The position numbers and the translations under genes are program-made. A stretch of 64,000 nucleotides of DNA from Octopus vulgaris (lineage: Eukaryota), in contig OX597837.1 in assembly GCA_951406725.2 (NCBI GenBank), positions 9,424,001 through 9,488,000 of the forward strand. The letters are read 5' to 3'. Shown piece after piece: positions 27,116 through 42,089 of this stretch; within the stretch, counting starts at the first letter, position 1; every line of letters starts with the position of its first letter. Below the pieces are notes generated by a model, which saw only the letters and a list, made by a program, of their open reading frames with translations, did not search any database and was not told where the DNA came from.

Positions 27116-28396
27116 CCTAATTCCTCGACAAATAATCCCTTCTACTAGGCCAGAACTTCTGAGGAAACGTATATTATTTACATTTTTATTTACATTATTT
27201 ACATTTCACGGATATTTGTTCTCATCATGTTTTTCTTGTTAACACAACGTTAACAACAGGTTGAAATTAAGACTCTCCATCTTAGAATGGCGGTTGGAGA
27301 GATGGGTTGTGATATACGTTGGGAAAACGCGATAGAAGGCAAGAACATCAAACTCTCGCATTCAACAAATCCCGCATATTGGAAGTTTTCTAACTAATGG
27401 CGGACCCCCATCATGGCCGCAGCTCTCTAGTTAAAACTCGTGAAAGAATAAAGCGTAAGCGTATGTATTTATTAATACACGAAGATATGTATTTGCTTCT
27501 ACGAATTTTACACAACGTATTTCAAGCAAATTTTTTTTAACGTCTCAATGAAAGAAAAAGAAAAGATAAATCGTTTACAAATGTGAAAAATAAATGATTT
27601 CAGTTTGGTTTTGCATGGAACATTGGAAAGCATTGCGAGAGTTTTTGAGTTATATAAACGGAAGAAAATATAATTATCATATCAGCTGAAATAAATATGA
27701 AATTAAAAAAAATTTACATGCATGCTGAAATCGGTTCGCATGCTAAAGTTAATATACACGAAATAAGAAGATATCAAGATCCATTACATGATAAGTAAAG
27801 AATGTGTGTGTGTGTGCATGTGTGTGCTTCTGTGTGTGTGTGTGTGTGTGTGTTGAATAAAGTGACGGTGACATAAATGAACAGTGACAATCTGTGAGAT
27901 GTGGAATTATTAAATTTTCACTACTCTCACAAACATACACATGGATTTATATATATATTAGACATTTTACCACATATAGATGTGTATGTATATACATGTG
28001 TGTGTGTGTGTGTGTGTGTGTGCATTACGTGATAGCTGTAAACACTTATGAGTCCCTCCGTTCTTTGGTTTGGTCTCTTGTTAATTTGTCTCCAAAGTCA
28101 ACATCCTCCACCAAGGAGAGAGAGTCTCTCAAGCAGAGATTTGTTTCGGAGGAATAACTGAAGGCAGGAATCTCATCTAAAGCGTTTATTCCGTAAGCGG
28201 GATCGAACAGTAGAACCTATAGAAACCCAGTAGCAATTCCATTGCAAAGTGTTTGGACGAATTCAACTCCCAACTGCTGAGATTCTCAACTATCTAAAGT
28301 TACCTGAGTCTGGCAGAAATCGATCTACTCATGGGAGGATTCTAAACCGAGATACAACTTTCAATTCAATTCAATCATCTTTGTGACATAAATTTA

Positions 28397-28479
<83 letters not shown>

Positions 28480-28480
<1 letters not shown>

Positions 28481-28602
28481 CTTTACGGAAGGTTTACGAA
28501 AATAAATAAAAGACGAAGGCATGTGGAGTACAAACAAACAAATGTATTAGTATGGCGCTCAGGAATAGAAATAGAACAAGTCTTTTATGTTTCGAGCCTA
28601 CG

Positions 28603-28606
<4 letters not shown>
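28480..28606 (-). mobile_element. Family H1 element, truncated inside the hammerhead motif
   Basis: Reverse complement of 20650-20770. (TA)n on both sides. Confidence 0.8.
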
Positions 28607-28641
<35 letters not shown>

Positions 28642-28843
28642 AGATGTACTCGCATAGCAAGTGATTTGATCTGAGATCGTGTGCTGAAGCGAAAACAATT
28701 GCAGCACGGATTTTTGTCAGTGAACAGATCGCGGATTTTAGCGACGAAAATATTTTGACAAATTAAACTTAAATGTTGAAGTGAATCGAACGGCTTTTGT
28801 GTGTTTCTTAAATGGCTTACAAAGACCTTCCACGCTGCAATTG

Positions 28844-28897
<54 letters not shown>

Positions 28898-29407
28898 TTA
28901 ATAGTGGAAGATGGATGACTTCGTGTTTCTGTTGTATCTGTACCCGGCCGCCGTTTAGTGACCAATGTTGGTTTGTTTAGGCCTCTTTCTTTCATTTGAG
29001 CTTTTGGGGGTATTTTGCGGTTCAGTAAAATAGACCTATAGAATACATAACAGATATAAAGTAGGTACCAACCTCCATTTTATTATTTTGTGTTTTTTCA
29101 GCTGTACCCTTCAAAGCGGTAACATAGCATGGCCGCACTACAATGATTGCAACAAGTGAAAGGTAAAATAACCCCCACACACACATACACATTAACACAT
29201 ATGTATATATATATATGTGTGTATGTGTGTGTGTGTGTTAGTGTGTGTGAGATTGTGTTTCAAAGAGAGAGAGAGAAGGAGAGAGAGATGCGTGTATACA
29301 TCCTTGTATATTTGCTCTTCACTAAGTGGTATTTACTTTATAGTCTTTTATAGGTGTTTTATTTGACCCTATAGCAAATAAACGAAGACTAATATCATTA
29401 CAAGCAT

Positions 29408-29471
<64 letters not shown>

Positions 29472-30754
29472 TGCCGTTGTGAGAGTTGTGACGGTGATGA
29501 TTGCTTTAGCGCTTTATATATTTGTTTTAGGGTTGTTGTTGTTTTTTGTTTTGTTTTTCGTTGTTGTTTATATTTTTTTATATGTATTTTTGTATTTTTT
29601 CCCCTCGCAATTTTTTTTTTTTTTTTTGTCGTTTTCCTTGTTTTTAGGTGTTTCTATTTCAGCAGACAAGACAAATAACTCCCCGTTTTATTGCCGCTTT
29701 TGAAGTGTCTCAGACATTGTTTTAGCTAAAACACTGAAATCCCCTCTCCTTTCTTTCCCCTTTCTCTTTCTCTCCCCTTTCTCTTTTCTCTTCCCTCCTC
29801 TTTCTTCCTCGCTCTCACCCTCTCTCTTCCTCTCTGTCTCCCTCTCTCGTTCTCTTTACCGGAATTGGTTAATATTGGTTGAACATTTCCATCAAATATA
29901 ATGTGGTATTGATCATAAGTTGATTGTGTACCCTTGTGGCGTTTTTGGTGCTTTTTGATGTCTTTTAACGATATTATGTTTAATGCAAAGAGTGGGGGAT
30001 TGACAGAAGGCAGAACTCATTGGTGCGTCGAATAAAATAACTCGCAGTGTTTAGTTATCTAGTTACGGCCCTTTACCATATGGTTTCTGTGTTTAGATTC
30101 TGTGTCTAGCGCTGAGACAGCAACAAGTGGATTAGCAAAATTAGAATTGCGCCTGACAATATAAAAAAAATATACTACTTTGCTTTTTCAATTACGGCCA
30201 TCAATATTCTGGTTTTTCTGTGGCCTTGGCTTTAATTCAGAAATCACTATATAGATTGCTTGAAGAAGAAGGGAACCAGACACAATAACCTATACATTTA
30301 GTTACGAACATTCAGGTCCGGGTTTCAAGCTACTTGTTCCTTTAGTCATCAATCTGTAAATTAGTAGACGTAGAAGAACGTTTCACTAAATACTGTATAT
30401 AATTAGTATAACTATATCTGCTCTGGTCTAGGTTGACTGAAGAGAAAGGGCATGTGACAAAACTTTGGTGTAGTATATTTATGGTTTTCCCCTTCTGGTT
30501 GGTCAATTGAAGGAAGGCGCAAACCACTGGAGCTCGAATAGAATGACTCACGGTGTTTAGGTCCCTAGTCACCGTCCTTCAACTTAAGGTTTCTCTGCCC
30601 TTATGTTGAGTCAGAGGGTCTATGTACATTGGCAGAAGAAGCTGGACATCATGCAAAATATCCCGCATGTATAGTTACGATCATTCCCGACTTTATTCTT
30701 TTGTACTTCATATTACGCTAGGTCTTTATACAATTTAGTCTTTAATAAGCTTGG

Positions 30755-31085
30755 AGGCAACTGAAGGTTACAGAACTGCAAGCAAGGAAAAGAAGTGGAC
30801 CTACAAATTCAAAAAATGTCGATTGGTAGAAAGATTAAAGGACTGAATATCACAGACTAGATGAAAATAATACAATGGTTGTGAGTGCCACAGGCCAGCA
30901 CATTGAGGGCGGAAGCTAATATGATGAAAAGAGTTATGACCAACTGTAAGCTCAATAGAGAAACAATGCGCCTCGGAAGAGAAATAGATGACACGTATAA
31001 TAGTTTTGGCAAAGAGTACTTGGCCAGAATATTCATCAGAACAATGACCATGGAAATACGTATAGAGAAGTTACAACGAAGGTAC
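30755..31085 (+). pseudogene. Highly decayed RTE-clade LINE ORF 3' region
   Basis: LKVTE...RKIKGLNITD*MKIIQWL*...MKRVMT...MRLGR follows the spacing of the RTE C-terminal DI..IK..KW.WAGH..R...GRP pattern. Confidence 0.4.
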
Positions 31086-31351
31086 ATTTTGCCGATGAGA
31101 CAAAGAATCCGTCCGAATAAGAAGAAGGCGAAAGGTCTTGCAATAAATACTTTACATAACTAGTGATGGCCTACACAGTTCTAACTTTTGTACCTTTGTG
31201 ACTACCCCAGCTGTTAATGTGTGGCTGTGGATCTCAGCTGGGGGCCATATGGCCCATGAGAATCCATATGGCCCATGAGAATCCATATGGCCCTTGGGGC
31301 GAGGAGCATATAAGCTTTTTTTGTTAAACGTTATCTGCAATTATAAATAGT

Positions 31352-31401
<50 letters not shown>

Positions 31402-31411
31402 TATATATAAA

Positions 31412-31946
31412 CTAGATAAATAGATATGTTTCGACCAGAGATTGGTCCAGGCCATGTCTAACTTAATAGCACCACCTGATAGGATTATTCGAATCCTGTT
31501 TAAGTCAAGTTTTGTTCAAGTAGTGAGTTCTTGTTGGGTGAGTTGTATCCAATTATGGGTGGCTTATCTGGTATTCTTTGAAGGAATCTATCCAGACTCT
31601 GTTTAAAGTTGATGGGATCCTTTTCCTTTTTGATCTCCCTCGGGACAATGTTAAATAGGGCAGCGCCTGTTGAGGAAAAGAAATTATGTTGCAGTGTACA
31701 TGTATGTTGTGATCTTGAATTTGGCAGGTGACGTATAGCCTGTGGCCCAAGTCTTGGATGAACCTTGAAGCTAATGTTTCGTTTGGGCAAAGTTGGCGGT
31801 ATATTTTCCACATCGTACAAATGATGTACCGCTCACGGCGACGCTGGAGGGAGTAAAGTTTCAAGGCTTTAAGGCGATCCCAATAATCGAGAGCAGCCAT
31901 GCCTTCAATTTGTTTAGTGAGAGCCCTCTGGGGTGACTCAATTCTG

Positions 31947-31950
<4 letters not shown>
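31412..31950 (-). mobile_element. CR1-group LINE 3' fragment in (TA)n
   Basis: ISRIESPQRALTKQIEGMAALDYWDRLKALKLYSLQRRRERY..(frameshift)..LFNIVP..FKQSLDRFLQRIPDKP..NSLL. The 3' UTR has a GACCA/TGGTC hairpin. Confidence 0.9.
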
Positions 31951-32015
<65 letters not shown>

Positions 32016-32393
32016 GGATGTTTTTAAACCTCGAATGCCTATGGGGGTTCACATGTGTAAAACAGAAATCAAAGTAGACCACAGACTAAAAATCGTTGGG
32101 AATCATTGATGTAGATGATCAAAATCAGGACATTGGGGCCTATCACTTTAGATATGTTTTTATGGTTATCCACGTTCTGATTTTTGTTATTTTGTCTAGC
32201 TCAAACACTAATTTGTGAACGTTATAAACTTGTGCAAAATGTTTATGTTATATACTTACGGCTCTGATGCTCTGTCTTGGGTACGATAATGTTTTTCATT
32301 CATTCTCTGTCGATGAAATAAATATCAAATGAATTACTGGGTATAATTTAACTGATTATTGCTAACTAAAATCTTTGTAGCTGTTTAATAAAT

Positions 32394-32438
<45 letters not shown>

Positions 32439-32818
32439 GCGTCTATTGACAGAGTTTACACAATGATAAAAATAGATAAAATACAAATAAAGACGCGCGT
32501 ATACGTATTTGGCTTTTGTTTCCTGATTAGTTTCGGGGTTAAGGTTAATCTCTCCGGCCCTTTAGCTTATTCAGGATCTCTGAAACTGTTACACGTAAGT
32601 GGGAGGTGTTTGCAAATCGCTGACATTGATCAACTAGTTCTTTCAATGACACCGAATGAAATACAATCGAATAGCTTCCTGTAGTCAAACCATATTCTCA
32701 CATGGTTTCTGTTGCGATAATTTCTCAAGAGTTATTCAACATATTGCCTACACACCACTCTTTCCACATATTTGCTCGTCATTGGTACATACATACATAT
32801 ACATATATACATATATAT

Positions 32819-32912
<94 letters not shown>

Positions 32913-32929
32913 ATATATATATATATATC

Positions 32930-33190
32930 AAATTAGAAAAAGACCAGCTTTTATCGATTCAAAATAATAAAATTACACAATCTAGAAAATTACGTATAAT
33001 ACAAATATTAAAAATAAAATAACAATGATATACCAAATATATACGTTTTTATTATTATTTTGCAATTTATATAAACATCGGTATATTATTGTTATTTTAT
33101 TTTTAATATTTCTAGTATATGTAATTTTCTAGATGGTGTATTTAATTGTTCATTTGAATTGATAAAAGGTGGTGTTTTTTTTATAATTTT
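32930..33190. mobile_element. Diverged copy of the AT-rich palindromic element
   Basis: CTTTTATCGATTCAAA..TCTAGAAAATTAC ... GTAATTTTCTAGA..TTTGAATTGATAAAAG arms, homologous to 303-615. Confidence 0.7.
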
Positions 33191-33324
33191 GTCCGAAACC
33201 TTAGACATTTTACGCCCCGTGCCAATATCACTGTCCTTTTATTTTATGAGTTTCACTAAATAATACGAGTTTTGCTGACGTAGATCAATACCTGTCACTT
33301 TAGAGACTGGTTGATATATATTCG

Positions 33325-33512
33325 CCATGATAGATCGGTAGCCACTACACACATTATTTTCTCTCCTTGTTTTTTCTGTGTCCCTTTCTGCAGAAGAGCG
33401 TAGGCTCGAAACGTAAAAGACTTTTTTCTATTCCTGAGCGTTATACTAATACATCTGTTTGTTTTCTACACTACATGTCTTCATCTTTTGTTTTTTTCGT
33501 GAACTCTCCCCC
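33325..33512 (+). mobile_element. Family H1 element
   Basis: CTTTCTGCAGAAGAGCGTAGGCTCGAAACGTAAAAG, with flanks as in 20555-20772. Confidence 0.8.
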
Positions 33513-33556
33513 TATATACATACGTACATACATACACACACGCATACACACACATA

Positions 33557-33597
<41 letters not shown>

Positions 33598-33669
33598 ATA
33601 TATGTGGGTGTGTAGATATTGCGGTCGTATTGCGCACGATTATTCGTTTATATAAATTTACTGTATGTA

Positions 33670-33717
<48 letters not shown>

Positions 33718-34004
33718 TATGTATGTATCTATGTAAGATGCGGTGGATATGAAGAGAATTGATGACTTGATGAATGTTCTGATTACAATAAGTTCAACAA
33801 TTAGCCGGTGGCTGTGTCTGGTTGATTTTTGACATGACAATCTACTTACTGTAATGTATACGACCATAGAGACATACACGGTCTACACATATATTGTTAT
33901 ATCTTCATAATTTTGTATATACACCCACATTTATATGCGTGTGTGTGTGCATGTATATGTGATTATGTTTCCGTGTTTACGTGTATATATGTATATATAT
34001 ATAT

Positions 34005-34076
<72 letters not shown>

Positions 34077-34179
34077 GTTTTAATACAAGCGATGGCAAGT
34101 TGATGGATGACGTTGATCACACGAAAATTTAAATAATTTAACGCTTTGTAACCAGTGATAACATACATAGGTACGAAAC

Positions 34180-34210
<31 letters not shown>

Positions 34211-34334
34211 CTCACGAGCTCACACACATATCGTATACCAACATACGCACATACACGGACACACACTTTCATGTATATACATATATACATGTGTATATAT
34301 AAAACCATATATATTTGTATATGATAAACATATA

Positions 34335-34472
<138 letters not shown>

Positions 34473-34876
34473 CACATACATACATACATATACATACATA
34501 CATACATATATACATACATACATACATACATACATACATACATACATACAAACATACATACATACACACACACATACATAATAGATACTCCAAAGAAATA
34601 CCCACAGTCTATACACGCTCATTTCGTCTTAGTTTTTTTTATTATTATTATGATTTTCCGATCTATTCATTTCGCCATTCAACTTCCTCAGCTACAATTT
34701 AGCTTTACGCATTCTCGTTTTTTTTACTCTACAATTATAATTCATATTTCTATAAACCTAATCTCGTTCATTGATCTACTTAAATCTACTTAAAAACCTA
34801 TTCAAAATTTAGTAAAACTGTAAACATCAACAACAATCACCTTTTGTAATAGCATCTTCGTATTCATATACATACA

Positions 34877-34937
<61 letters not shown>

Positions 34938-34942
34938 GTATT

Positions 34943-35019
<77 letters not shown>

Positions 35020-35031
35020 TAATATATATAC

Positions 35032-35116
<85 letters not shown>

Positions 35117-35498
35117 TACATATCACTGTCCAATTATGCCGACACCTATCTTCATGAAATTTCAACATAATAATAATGATATACATTATCTTTATTCGTT
35201 TCATTTAGTGTTTCTGTATTTTGTATTCTGTTTTCCGATTCAAGTTTTAATATCATATTCTAGGATATATTACTTAGATATATATATATAACTTTTGTGT
35301 GTGTTTTTTTTTTTTGTGGTTGTTGTTTTGTCTTTGTTTTTTTTGTTTATTGTTTTTTCTAGTTCGTATTTACATTTTATTTTCCATTCTTGAGAATGAT
35401 AATATTCTATGAAGCATACTGTCTTCGCAACGACGTGGTTTCGCCCAGGAATAGAACGCTGAGAAATAGACTCTAAATCGTCTCACCACTCAAAGAAG

Positions 35499-35538
<40 letters not shown>

Positions 35539-35550
35539 GTGTTAAATATA

Positions 35551-35605
<55 letters not shown>

Positions 35606-37308
35606 GTGTGTGTATGTATATATATATATATATACAAATATGGTAAGAAAGTAACTTCCCAACCACATGTGTCTGTGTTCAGTTGTGTGTGTGTGTCTGT
35701 ATGTGTGTGTATCTGTATGTGTTTGCTTTGTGTTTGCCCTTTCGTATCGCTTCACGACCGGCATTTGTTTGTTCAGGTCCGCCTAACTTAGAACTTCACC
35801 ATGAGAGACCGATAGAATAATTACATATTTACCAGGCTTACAAAAATATGCACTTAACACGATTCGTTTGCTAAAAGCCTTTAAGGTGAATCCCCAGCAT
35901 AACCGCAATCCAATAACTGAAACAAGGAAACGATGAAAGAAACGAAAATATATGGACGCCTCTCATAATGGGTTTACCTGAAATATCAGTGAAATACTTT
36001 TGTTAGTTTTCGGAATACAATTCTCCGTGGACATCTTTTTATTCTGATATGTATTTAACTTTCGTAAACTCTAGCATTGTCTTAATCCTCGTCTTTTATT
36101 CTCCTTGTACCATTCGTACTATGTTACCGATATGTGTACGTGTGTGTGTGTGTGTGTGTATCAGTGTGTGTCTGTGCGTCTGTGTGTGTCTGTGTGTGTT
36201 TGTGTGTGCGTGTGAGTGTGTGTGTTTGTGAATGTGTGTGTGTGTGTGTGCGTGTGTCAGTTTGTAAATTTCATTATTCCACACACGCTACAGGCGCCAT
36301 ATATATGTGTGTGTGCGTATGTATATGAGTGGGTGTGTGCATGAGTGTATGTGTAAGTGTGCATGTGTGTGTGTGTATGTACCTCTGTGTGTGTTTGCGT
36401 TTGCTTGTGAGTGTGTGTGTTTGTGTGTGTCTTTGTAGATTTCACTATTCCACACACGCTACAGGTGCCATATGTGTATATGTGTGTGTGTGTGCGTATG
36501 TATGTGAGTGGGTGTATGCATCAGTGTGTGTGTAAGTGTGCATATGTGTGTGTATATGTGTATATGTGCATCTGTATTTGTCTCCCAGCAGGCGCTGTCT
36601 TCCTTAAGTCTTTTAACTAAAACGATTGGCTAAAATCGCGCAATAAGTTAAGAACAGGATTTGAAGAAAGAAAATATAGGTCCCTGGGGTCGCCTGATCG
36701 ACGGAACCCTTCAAGATTGTGTCCCAACATGGCTACAGTCCAACAAGTGCAACAAATAAAGAGAATAAAAGAATAATTAGAATAAGAGTAAAGGAATATT
36801 AGAATAGAATGAACGAATATATTTGAGTAGAGAAGCCGCAGATTGTGAAGAATTTGACTATAATTCTTCTACGTTTCAATAGCTTTGAATCAAACGTTTA
36901 CATTCGCTTAATAGAGCTAATTACTTGACAGTCCATTATTGAAAGCTATGTCTCTCTCTATGCGATAACAAAACTATTAAAAGTAGGAAGAACAAGGAGA
37001 TTGTCACTTGTGAAATATAAAAGGAATGGTTTCGTCAGAGGATGTTAGAGAAACAGTTGTATCAGAATGAACGTGGCATTCTCTTCAGTAATACATCAAT
37101 ATCCTATGTTATGATGCATCAAAGTTACCATTATATTTGACTGTAATAAACTATATTCAACAGCCAAAGGACATAGACGAAGGAAGAAGGAGGTGAAATG
37201 AATATATGTCCGAGATAATTTAGAGAAAACTGAATAAAAATGAACGAAGGGAAAAAAACAAAGTGGCCAGTGAAATCACAAATATTTTGACGTTTGATTT
37301 ATCATATA

Positions 37309-37520
37309 CTCTCTTTACTCTTTTACTTGTTTCAGTCATCTGACTGCGGCCATACTGGAGCACCGCCTTTAATCGAGCAACTCGACCCTGGGACTTATTC
37401 TTTTGTAAGCCCAGTACTTATTCTATCGGTCTCTTTTGCCGAACCGCTAAGTAACAGGGACATAAACACAGCAGCATCGGTTGTCAAGCAATGCTAGGGG
37501 GACAAACGCAAACATACACG

Positions 37521-37563
<43 letters not shown>

Positions 37564-37763
37564 ACATACATATATACGACGGGTTTCTTTCAGTTTCTGT
37601 CTACCAAATCCACACACAAGGCTTTGGTTGGTCCAAGGCTATAGTGGAAGACACTTGCCCAAGGTGCCATGCAGTGGGACTGAAACCGGAACCATGTGGT
37701 TGGTAAACAAGCTACTTACCACACAGCCACTCCTGTCCCTATCCGCACAGCCACTCCTGCGCC
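37309..37763 (-). mobile_element. SINE type A, full length, with ~100-bp flanking direct repeat
   Basis: Reverse complement of 14041-14468. Flanks 37205-37308 and 37764-37866 are direct repeats. Confidence 0.92.
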
Positions 37764-38089
37764 TATGTCCAAGATAATTTAGAGAAAACTAAATAAAAAT
37801 GAACGAAGGGAAACAAAATAAAGTGGCCAGTGACCATAAATATTTTGACGTTTGATTTATCATATATATAAATATATCATTTTAATTTTTTAATTTCATT
37901 CCTGAAGGAGAAATATATCGGGCACACGACAATTTGAACTGAGGCTCTAAGTTCAAATCACACGTCTCTTGAATGGGCTGGAGTATTTCTATTTTGGATG
38001 TATTTGGGGTACTTAATTGTGCTCATGACTTAGTGTTTTGCTTCTTCCATGGGTATGTGTAAGTATCTCATTTATTTCTTTTGCCACAT

Positions 38090-38143
38090 TTATTACTGAC
38101 GAAGGGAGGGTTCTTACGAACTAACCCTGAAATCGGTCCGATA
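38090..38143 (+). ncRNA. Hammerhead-like motif (degenerate stem I)
   Basis: CTGACGA-AGGG(AGGGTT..AA)CCCT-GAAA-TCGG-TC. Confidence 0.5.
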
Positions 38144-38875
38144 TGGTAATAATGGAATTTTTTAGAAATTTCTGTCGGCCTCTTTTTTCGAGTATGGTGA
38201 AAAATTACATGGTTATGGACAATATGTCCAATTTCGGCATATTTGGCATTAGAAATTTTTTCGTTTGCCCTTATTTATAAGTTGTTTATAATTTTAACCT
38301 TTAAAGGTATTTTTTAATATGCTGGCCATTGACAAAATTTTTTTTCGAAAAAATTTTATCCTACATTAAATATATATATATAGCGGCGTACGTGCACTTT
38401 TGCTCACCTGATATATATATATATAAGTATATATGTAAATATATGTGATTTAATGAGTGTTTGCAGGCGTCTGTGTGCGCGTGCTTATGCGTGTGTTTGT
38501 GTGCGTGTATGAAAGTGTGTTTGCACACATGTATGTGTGTATACCATAAATTAAAAGTATTTAAAAAATCGAAAAAGATGAATAGACGAGAGGTGCCTAC
38601 TCTACCAACCAACCAACCAGCCAACAAACCAGCCAGCCACACACATCTGAGGTCCTATCCAGGGATCCACAAATAGCGAAGTCCCGAATACAGAAATATC
38701 ATAAATAGTGTGTATATGTAATATATCAGTTATTAATTCAACTACATACAAGTATATACGTATACACGTATATATACATATATATATGGGTGCGTGTGTT
38801 TGTGTATGCATATGTATGTGTGTGTTTATATATATATATATATATATATGTATGCATTATATATATATATAATTC

Positions 38876-38915
<40 letters not shown>

Positions 38916-39029
38916 TGAGAGAGAGATACGTATGTATACATGAATGTATATGCTAATATGTGTGTGTTTGCGTGTGTGAATATATATATACGCACACACA
39001 TATATAAATATATATATATATATATAAAT

Positions 39030-39091
<62 letters not shown>

Positions 39092-39123
39092 TATATAATA
39101 ACAATATATATATATATACATAC

Positions 39124-39190
<67 letters not shown>

Positions 39191-39725
39191 TTGGAGAATG
39201 AGAGAGAGAGAGAGGAGTGAATTGAACACATATATCACCGTGTGATATCCAAATTATATAGTATCCGTTTTTCTTTATATATTCTCGTTTCTACTTTGTT
39301 TTTATTCGGTTAGCTAAGATTAATATCATTTCGTATTTAAGCCGTCATATTCATTAATTCTTTCAACCACTTTCACTACGACATTTTATTGCCTCCATCG
39401 TGTTTTTGTATTGATTTGTTTTCTTTTGTTTTATTTTGTTCTGTTCTGTTGTGGTCTGTGTTTGTTTTTGTTTTGTTTTTGTCTTGTTTTAGTTTTGCTT
39501 TTTATTCTACCCTTCCATCCTATATTTTGCCCCGTTTGAACTATGTAAGAACAAGGACACCCGCATTAAAAATTATCTTAAGCTGAATACATATATCATT
39601 TCACACATACACACGCACACACACACACACACACACACACGCACATATATATAGAGATATAAATATATATATACATATATACATAGATGCATACATATAT
39701 ATTCATATATATACATATCTCAATA

Positions 39726-39756
<31 letters not shown>

Positions 39757-39811
39757 ACATATAGATGTACATATATATAAATATATATACATACATATAT
39801 ATATACATACA

Positions 39812-39873
<62 letters not shown>

Positions 39874-39895
39874 ATATATATTATATCAACAACAG

Positions 39896-39961
<66 letters not shown>

Positions 39962-40573
39962 ACTTACGTTTGACTACTTGATATTAGGAAGTCGTATAAT
40001 AACTATAATTTGGTAAGAGCTAATGTTGGTTTGTGTATAAAATAAAGGTGACTCGTTCCTTTTGTTTTGTTTTTGTTGTTTTCTTCTTTTTCCTCTCTTC
40101 TTCTATCCCTCCCTCTTTCCCCCTCTCTGTCTCTCTCAGGTACGCACACATCCCCCCTCTCTCTCTCTTTTCGATTCTTTGTTACTTTTTTCAATATCTA
40201 TTTTCTCTAACCCATTCCATGACTTTCGTCTCTCTCCCTCTTTCTCTCTCTCTCTCTCACGCACACAGACTCTCACGTACTTCCTTTCTCTCCCTATCTC
40301 TCTCTCGCTCGCTCTTTCTTTCTTTTTGCCATTTTATATTTCTCTCGGCTACGTTTTTCTCCCTCTTTCTCTTCTTTTTTTTTGCTTTCTTTCCTTCCTT
40401 TACTTTATCCCTCTTCAGTACATACATTACGTAACTTTGCTCCATCTCATTCTTACTCTCTCTCTCTCTCTCTCTCTTCCTACCTACCTACCTACCTACC
40501 TACCTACTTACATACATACATACATATATACATACACACCTATGTATATATGTATGCTATGAATGTATGTATG

Positions 40574-40858
40574 TATCTATCTATCTATCTATTTATCTAT
40601 CTGTCTATCTGTCTATCTATCTATCAATATTTCTTTCATTCTTTCTCTCTATGTATTTATCTATCCATCTATCTATTTATCTATCTATCCATCTATCTAT
40701 CTATCTATCTATCTACCTATCGATCTATCTATCTATCTATCTATCTGTCTATCTATCTATCTATCTATCTACATATCGATCTATCTGTCTCTCTGTCTGT
40801 TTGTCTATCTATCTATTTGTCTATCTATCTATCTATCCATCTATCTATCTACCTATCG

Positions 40859-40917
<59 letters not shown>

Positions 40918-40930
40918 CACCTATCTATCT
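40574..40930. repeat. (TATC)n array, left flank of the Tx1 element
   Basis: Directly visible. Confidence 0.95.
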
Positions 40931-41910
40931 TGCCGTCCCGGGTCGACCTTGAGTGACATCAACACAACCAAAGCATTCTATAGGGGATTAGTGGAGGGGA
41001 GGTACGACGACGAGCTCGGGGCAAACCTGGGCGTCGACGAGGAATACCTGACCCGCCTGTTTCAAACGACTTTCGGCCCGGGACCTATGGACAACTTCCA
41101 GAGATCCCTGGCCTGGCGGTGCTACCGAGAAGCGCTACCCGTTCGGGATAAGCTCTATAGGCATGGCTCGAGAAACACGGGGCCGACCTGCCCGAGATGC
41201 GGGCAGAGCGACGAAACCGCTCTGCACGCAATCGTACAGTGTCCAGCAATTTCCCACCTGTGGGCTTATGTCGAACGACTGCTGTCACGTGTGGGACGTG
41301 TCGGTTTATCAGCCGAGTCTATCGTTAATATCGTCACGCCTCCTTCCTTCAAACGGGAAGGAAGAGCTATTTTTATCATACTTGTGGCTATGGCGAAAGA
41401 ATGTATCTGGTGGACGCGTCTGAAAGGATTAGAGACAAACACTTTCCTCTCTGGTCAATCTCTCATCAACTTCTTCAAGTATCACTTGAAGAAAAAAGTG
41501 AGAGTAGAGAGGCAAGTTTTGTCTAGTGAATGTTTTAAAAAAAGATGGGTGAATGTAGCAAGGATGGCACGTATGAATGACGAAGCCACCTTGACTATGA
41601 TTCTATGAACCGTAAAAATTAATACAGAGAGTTGCTTATTTGCAAAAAAAAAAAAGAAAGAAATATAACATGTGACTTCATTGACCGAGGTTACCGTGGT
41701 CTTTTCCGTAGGCTTTTCTTTCCACGGGTAAACCTCACCTGTCCTCCCCTTTACACTTCATATTGACATTTCTGTGATAACGATCCCTATTGATCAATTT
41801 TTTTCCTCTCCCCTTTTTTTTTAACCCCCCTTTTTTTGTCCTCTTTCTCTCCTTTTACGATCCCTTTTGATCGACCCCCCCTTTTTTATTTTATTTTATT
41901 TTTTATTTTT

Positions 41911-41941
<31 letters not shown>

Positions 41942-42029
41942 TTTTTTTTTTTTTTTAAAATTCAAAAGAAAAGCTCTACCTTGTAATTTGTTCTATCTGT
42001 GTGCAGCCCTGTGTGGCTAATAAAGAAAC
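40931..42029 (+). mobile_element. 5'-truncated Tx1/L1-clade LINE (ORF2 C-terminus + 3' UTR)
   Basis: Uninterrupted ~225 codons ending at 41608 with the CCHC zinc knuckle [18 protein letters not shown], preceded by [13 protein letters not shown]-rich 3' UTR ends AATAAAGAAACA directly into (TATC)n. Confidence 0.9.
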
Positions 42030-42030
42030 A

Positions 42031-42063
<33 letters not shown>

Positions 42064-42089
42064 GTCTCTCTATCTATCTATCTATCCAC

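Noticed and set aside
31243-31293. 20-bp tandem repeat CCATATGGCCCATGAGAAT with an adjacent CCCCAGCTG/CAGCTGGGG hairpin
   Set aside because: Only ~2.5 units in a single copy, most simply a slippage duplication in a repeat fragment.
40382-40930. N-terminal half of the 408-aa ORF as a repeat-protein fusion
   Set aside because: (TATC)n has no stop codon on this strand, so the fusion to Tx1 ORF2 is incidental.
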